DNA of 64,000 nucleotides from Setoptus koraiensis (Eukaryota; Animalia; Arthropoda): NCBI GenBank assembly GCA_048013815.1, contig CM106586.1, positions 5,022,001 to 5,086,000 of the forward strand, read 5' to 3'. Shown piece by piece: positions 60,301 to 64,000 of this stretch (position 1 is its first letter; each line of letters starts with the position of its first letter). The notes under the pieces were generated by a model. It saw only the letters and a program-made list of their open reading frames with translations, ran no database searches and was not told where the DNA came from. The position numbers and the translations under genes were made by a program.

Positions 60301-63300
60301 GTGGCCAGTGGCGCTTCGATTTGTTGGCATCGACAACAAACCACGTATAAACGACATTGGTGCCCACTTACTCGGTCGGCTATTCGAACGGTCGCTCGGC
60401 CGGGCCGGCCGCGAATCGGAATTAGCGACCGTTCGGGCGCTAATTCCAATTCGCGACTCGCCAACATTCCACCGACGGCACCATTTAATCATCTGCGACC
60501 ATCTCTGTCCATTTGACGTCACTTTGTATCAGCTGTCCGTTTGGCGTTGCTCTGTATCGACTGTCCATTTGGCGTTGCTTCGCATCAGCTGACCGTTTGA
60601 CACTGGCTCGTATCAGCTGACAGGCTGCACAAATTGCACCGCTGCACACGTAGCTCGCGAGTGTCCGAACAGTTTGCTCGGCGGCGGCCAAAACTCGCGC
60701 CAAGCTCAACTGACCAGCACAACAGCTGACCGGCCGGCAATGTTGTCAGATGGAGCGGCGATCAAATGAGACGGCCAAATGAGCCCGTTAAGTAGCCGCT
60801 TGTGATAACGCGAACAGATAAGTCGGCGACGCCAAGGGTCATTTGTTTGCAGCGAGCGCCTGTCACTTGCCCATACCGATGGCCGCTGGCGCGGCCGTCC
60901 GCTCGGCCGGCCCGGTACGACACACGATGGAGCTCGGGCGGCGCTGTGCGCCGATCCGAACCATTCCGCCAAATACCATTCTGAAATGTTCGAAATGGTC
61001 GCGGTATTTGGTTTCGAGTGCCGCCGATCAGCCAACCCGGTTGTGAGTGCCCAAGATGCGGCCGCCAGCCCGACAAGCCAGACCGAGCCGGTCCGACTTG
61101 ACTGGCTGGGCGTGCTCGGCCGAGCCGGACAGGGCGCCACCGGACGGCCGCACACACCGAGACTGCCCACTGAGCCGGGGCCCGAGCGGCTGCGACGCCC
61201 GGCCGACGTGGCTGCACCCACGGCTATGATTGGTGGTGCACCATGGGCAGCTATGATATGATATATGTCATACACGGTCGTATATTATGTATGGTGTCGC
61301 CGGTGATGACGCGCACCTAGCGACTTGTCGTCGGGCTCGCGCGGCCCCCACGCGACCGACAGTCCAATACCAAGCAATATTGATATCGGGCAACATCGAC
61401 ATTGGACAACATTGATATCAAGCGATATCGGTATCAGGCGATATCGGTATCAAGCAGCGCTAATTGCGCCGCGAGCGGCGCATTTTGACCGTAGTATGAG
61501 TGCGCATGTGTGGCGGGTAGCGGCGTGCCGGGCCGGGCCGGCGCGGACAGACAGCTCGACGGGTAGTGGTCTGTCAGCGGACACTGCCCGGCGGAGAGTG
61601 TGCACTTGTGCACCACTGGTGCAGCACCGGCAGACCTGAGCCAGTGTCGGTGCGCCGAAGACAGATGAGCGATAAGATTACGGTGCGGCCAAGCGCAGAT
61701 ATGCAATTAAATGGCATGGATATATAACACTTGTTTATTACCTGTGCACCGTGAGTGTGTGCGTGTGTGTGTGTCATTGAGTGCCGTTAAGTGGCCTAAC
61801 GGTGCCGACAGCTCGCCGAATTGGCCAATTCTGCCGATTCGGTGCACCGCTGCATCGATGTGTCGCTGCACCACTGTGTCGCTGCACCACCGTGTCGCTG
61901 CATTGCGGTGCCGGTGCATCGGTCGGTCAGTGGTTCGGCGAACCGGCGCACCGCAGCACCGAGGAATCGAAGCACCGAGGAATCGAAGCCGAATGAGGGC
62001 GCGCCCTCGCGGCCACTGGCGGCTGTTAAACCCATTAGAGCGTTCGCGCAAATTATCCGCTCGCCGGGCCTGGCCAGCGGCGCAGTGTGCGGATATTTGC
62101 GATTGTGCAGTGCGGCACAGTTGGCCGAAAGTGGCCAGAAATGAGTGCTCGCCAGCAGCGTTTATTTGCTACGGCAGCGCCTATATCGCCGTTATATGGC
62201 CAGCGGTAGCGGGCCGTCAGTGGCCGATAATGGCAGCGCCGGACACAAGTCGGCGGCGCGAGCCGCGACACGCCAAACAAACAAACAAATAAACGAAGCA
62301 ACAGGTAACGGGCATCATTAGCCGCCATTTATCCGTCGCTTATTTGCCCGTGCGGACATTTATACGCGCAGCCATTTACAAATGTATAAATGTAGCGATT
62401 TATAAATGTGGCCGCGGTCGCCCACTCGGCGCGCCATGCGGGCCGCCGTGCGATCCCGCGGAGGCGCCGCCCGAATGTCGCGTCCGCGCGCCATCGGGTC
62501 GGTGCCGTCGAGTGCGCTAATTGTTTGCAATTGTGAACTGTTCGCGACTGTGCGCCATCGCAAACAATGTTGAAAATTGTCGAGTTGCCCAGTTGGCAAC
62601 ATTGCACGGCAATGTTCGCAGTTTCGCCCGCTCGCATCACACGAGTTGCACGTTTCGCCCGCTGCCCGACCGGCCGGCCCGCCGCCAGTGACAATTGCGC
62701 CTCCGCGCCGCGAGCGGCCACCGGTGGGCGGGAGCAGAGACAATCGGCTGCCGGGGACAGTCATTATTTTATTAGTTCATTAACTTTCGCCGTTCCTCGC
62801 CTGCTCTACTCCGCACCACTGCACCGCCACGCTGCACCACTACTCTAGAACCACTGCACCGCTGCTCTAGAACCACCGCACCGCTGCTCGACACAACCGC
62901 TCCACGACTCGGCACAACTGCTCTGCACCTCTGCACCTCTGCACCGCAGAACTGGCCAATTCTCGTCTGCGCCGGCGATTGTTCGCTCGGCTCGGTGGGG
63001 CCAAACGGCCGACGCTGGCCTACCTGGCCTAAACTCGGTGGCTGGCCACCACACAAAACAGTGTGCGTTGTGCTAATTGGCCAACATGCGAATTGCAACA
63101 ATTGTGTTTAGCTAATTGTGTTCACTTTGGCCACTAGAATCCGAGCGCAAGTCCGATGCGAGTTCGAATGCGAGTTCGAACTCGCAACTGCAAACTTGGA
63201 ACTTGAAACTTCGAACGCGAACTCGAACTGCGATTCGAACGGCTAATGGACGTTCGACATGCGACGCGACGGTGCGACTAGGTGGTCTGCGGCTTGCACA

Positions 63301-64000
63301 ACGAGCCACAAGTCAGCTGACCGTTGCGAGTAGCCGAGTAGCGGTTCATTGAGAGACTGCAAGCTATGCACAGTACACACTGCATGTACGAATGCAAATA
63401 AATATAAAAAGTATAAATATATGAGTATGCAAATGAGCCAATGTGGCCACCAATTTGCAGGGGCCGCGCTCGGGCCATCGCTCGTAGATGGCGCTGCGTG
63501 TGAGTCTGACAATGAAATCGCCAGACAATACGGACGACATCTAAAATCTGTGTGTGTGTGTGTGCATTTACAATGAAATAAAATTTTAATGCGCATTGTG
63601 TGTCCATTAGCGCCCGGTTGGCCGGTGCTCCGGGCCGGGTTTTGGTCAGCGGTCGGTACGGGCATTGTGGCACAATAATTGCTGATTGTTTTTTGCGGTC
63701 ACTCGCGGTGCAGCGTGCACCGCGCGCATCGGCCGGCCACATTGAGTCCGTTATCTCGGCCTCTCGGTTTTATTGAATTTTTCTTTATTGAATTCAATTG
63801 GACGGAGTGCTCACTGGTTCGATTTGGCTGGTTCGCGTTCGACTGGCGGCGTTCGATGGCCGACGTTCGAATCGCGAGTCGGTGCGCTCGTTCGTCATGT
63901 TGAGCCCGATAACGATCATCGGCGCAAAGTGCTCAAGTGGATGCAAAGCAGCAACAACAAGAGAAGCCGCATCATCGACAAATTGCACGACCTGCTCTCA

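Noticed and set aside
63864-63875. GTTCGAATC tRNA B-box-like motif
   Set aside because: No T-stem pairing, A-box or cloverleaf; TTCGAA words are common in this region.
63890-64000. Protein-like frame HVEPDNDHRRKVLKWMQSSNNKRSRIIDKLHDLLS at the window edge
   Set aside because: Too short and truncated; no start or acceptor could be fixed.

Overview
Eukaryotic (animal, probably arthropod) genomic DNA with GT-AG introns; no prokaryotic features. The low-complexity style gives an impression of a compact mite genome, but this is not provable here. The window alternates between AT-rich, stop-dense blocks (about 1-10 kb, 25-33.4 kb, 45.3-49 kb) and GC-rich blocks full of short tandem duplications. 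The AT-rich blocks hold two tandem arrays of intronless, signal-peptide-bearing genes that I cannot assign to any known family. Family A has nine copies of about 230-280 aa: six on + at 0.75-9.7 kb and three on - at 25.6-29.3 kb. Family B has four copies of 77-105 aa with a two-Cys helical hairpin, on + at 30.0-32.8 kb, head-to-head with the second family A cluster. Between the two family A clusters lie a 2-exon metadherin/LYRIC-like gene (-) and a 6-exon NRF-6/acyltransferase-3 gene (+). A 3-exon Schnurri/HIVEP-like gene lies at 44.2-47.4 kb. The family A array shows several signs of rapid evolution: upstream DNA more conserved than the proteins, mosaic paralogs, a Trp codon turned into a stop in five copies with a decayed C-terminal tail behind it, and a compound two-MITE insertion carrying a foreign ORF fragment. 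The best candidate for an undescribed system is this two-family secreted-protein (effector-like) locus. Most other ORFs in the supplied track, especially at 33-44 kb and 49-64 kb, look like by-products of low-complexity GC-rich DNA.
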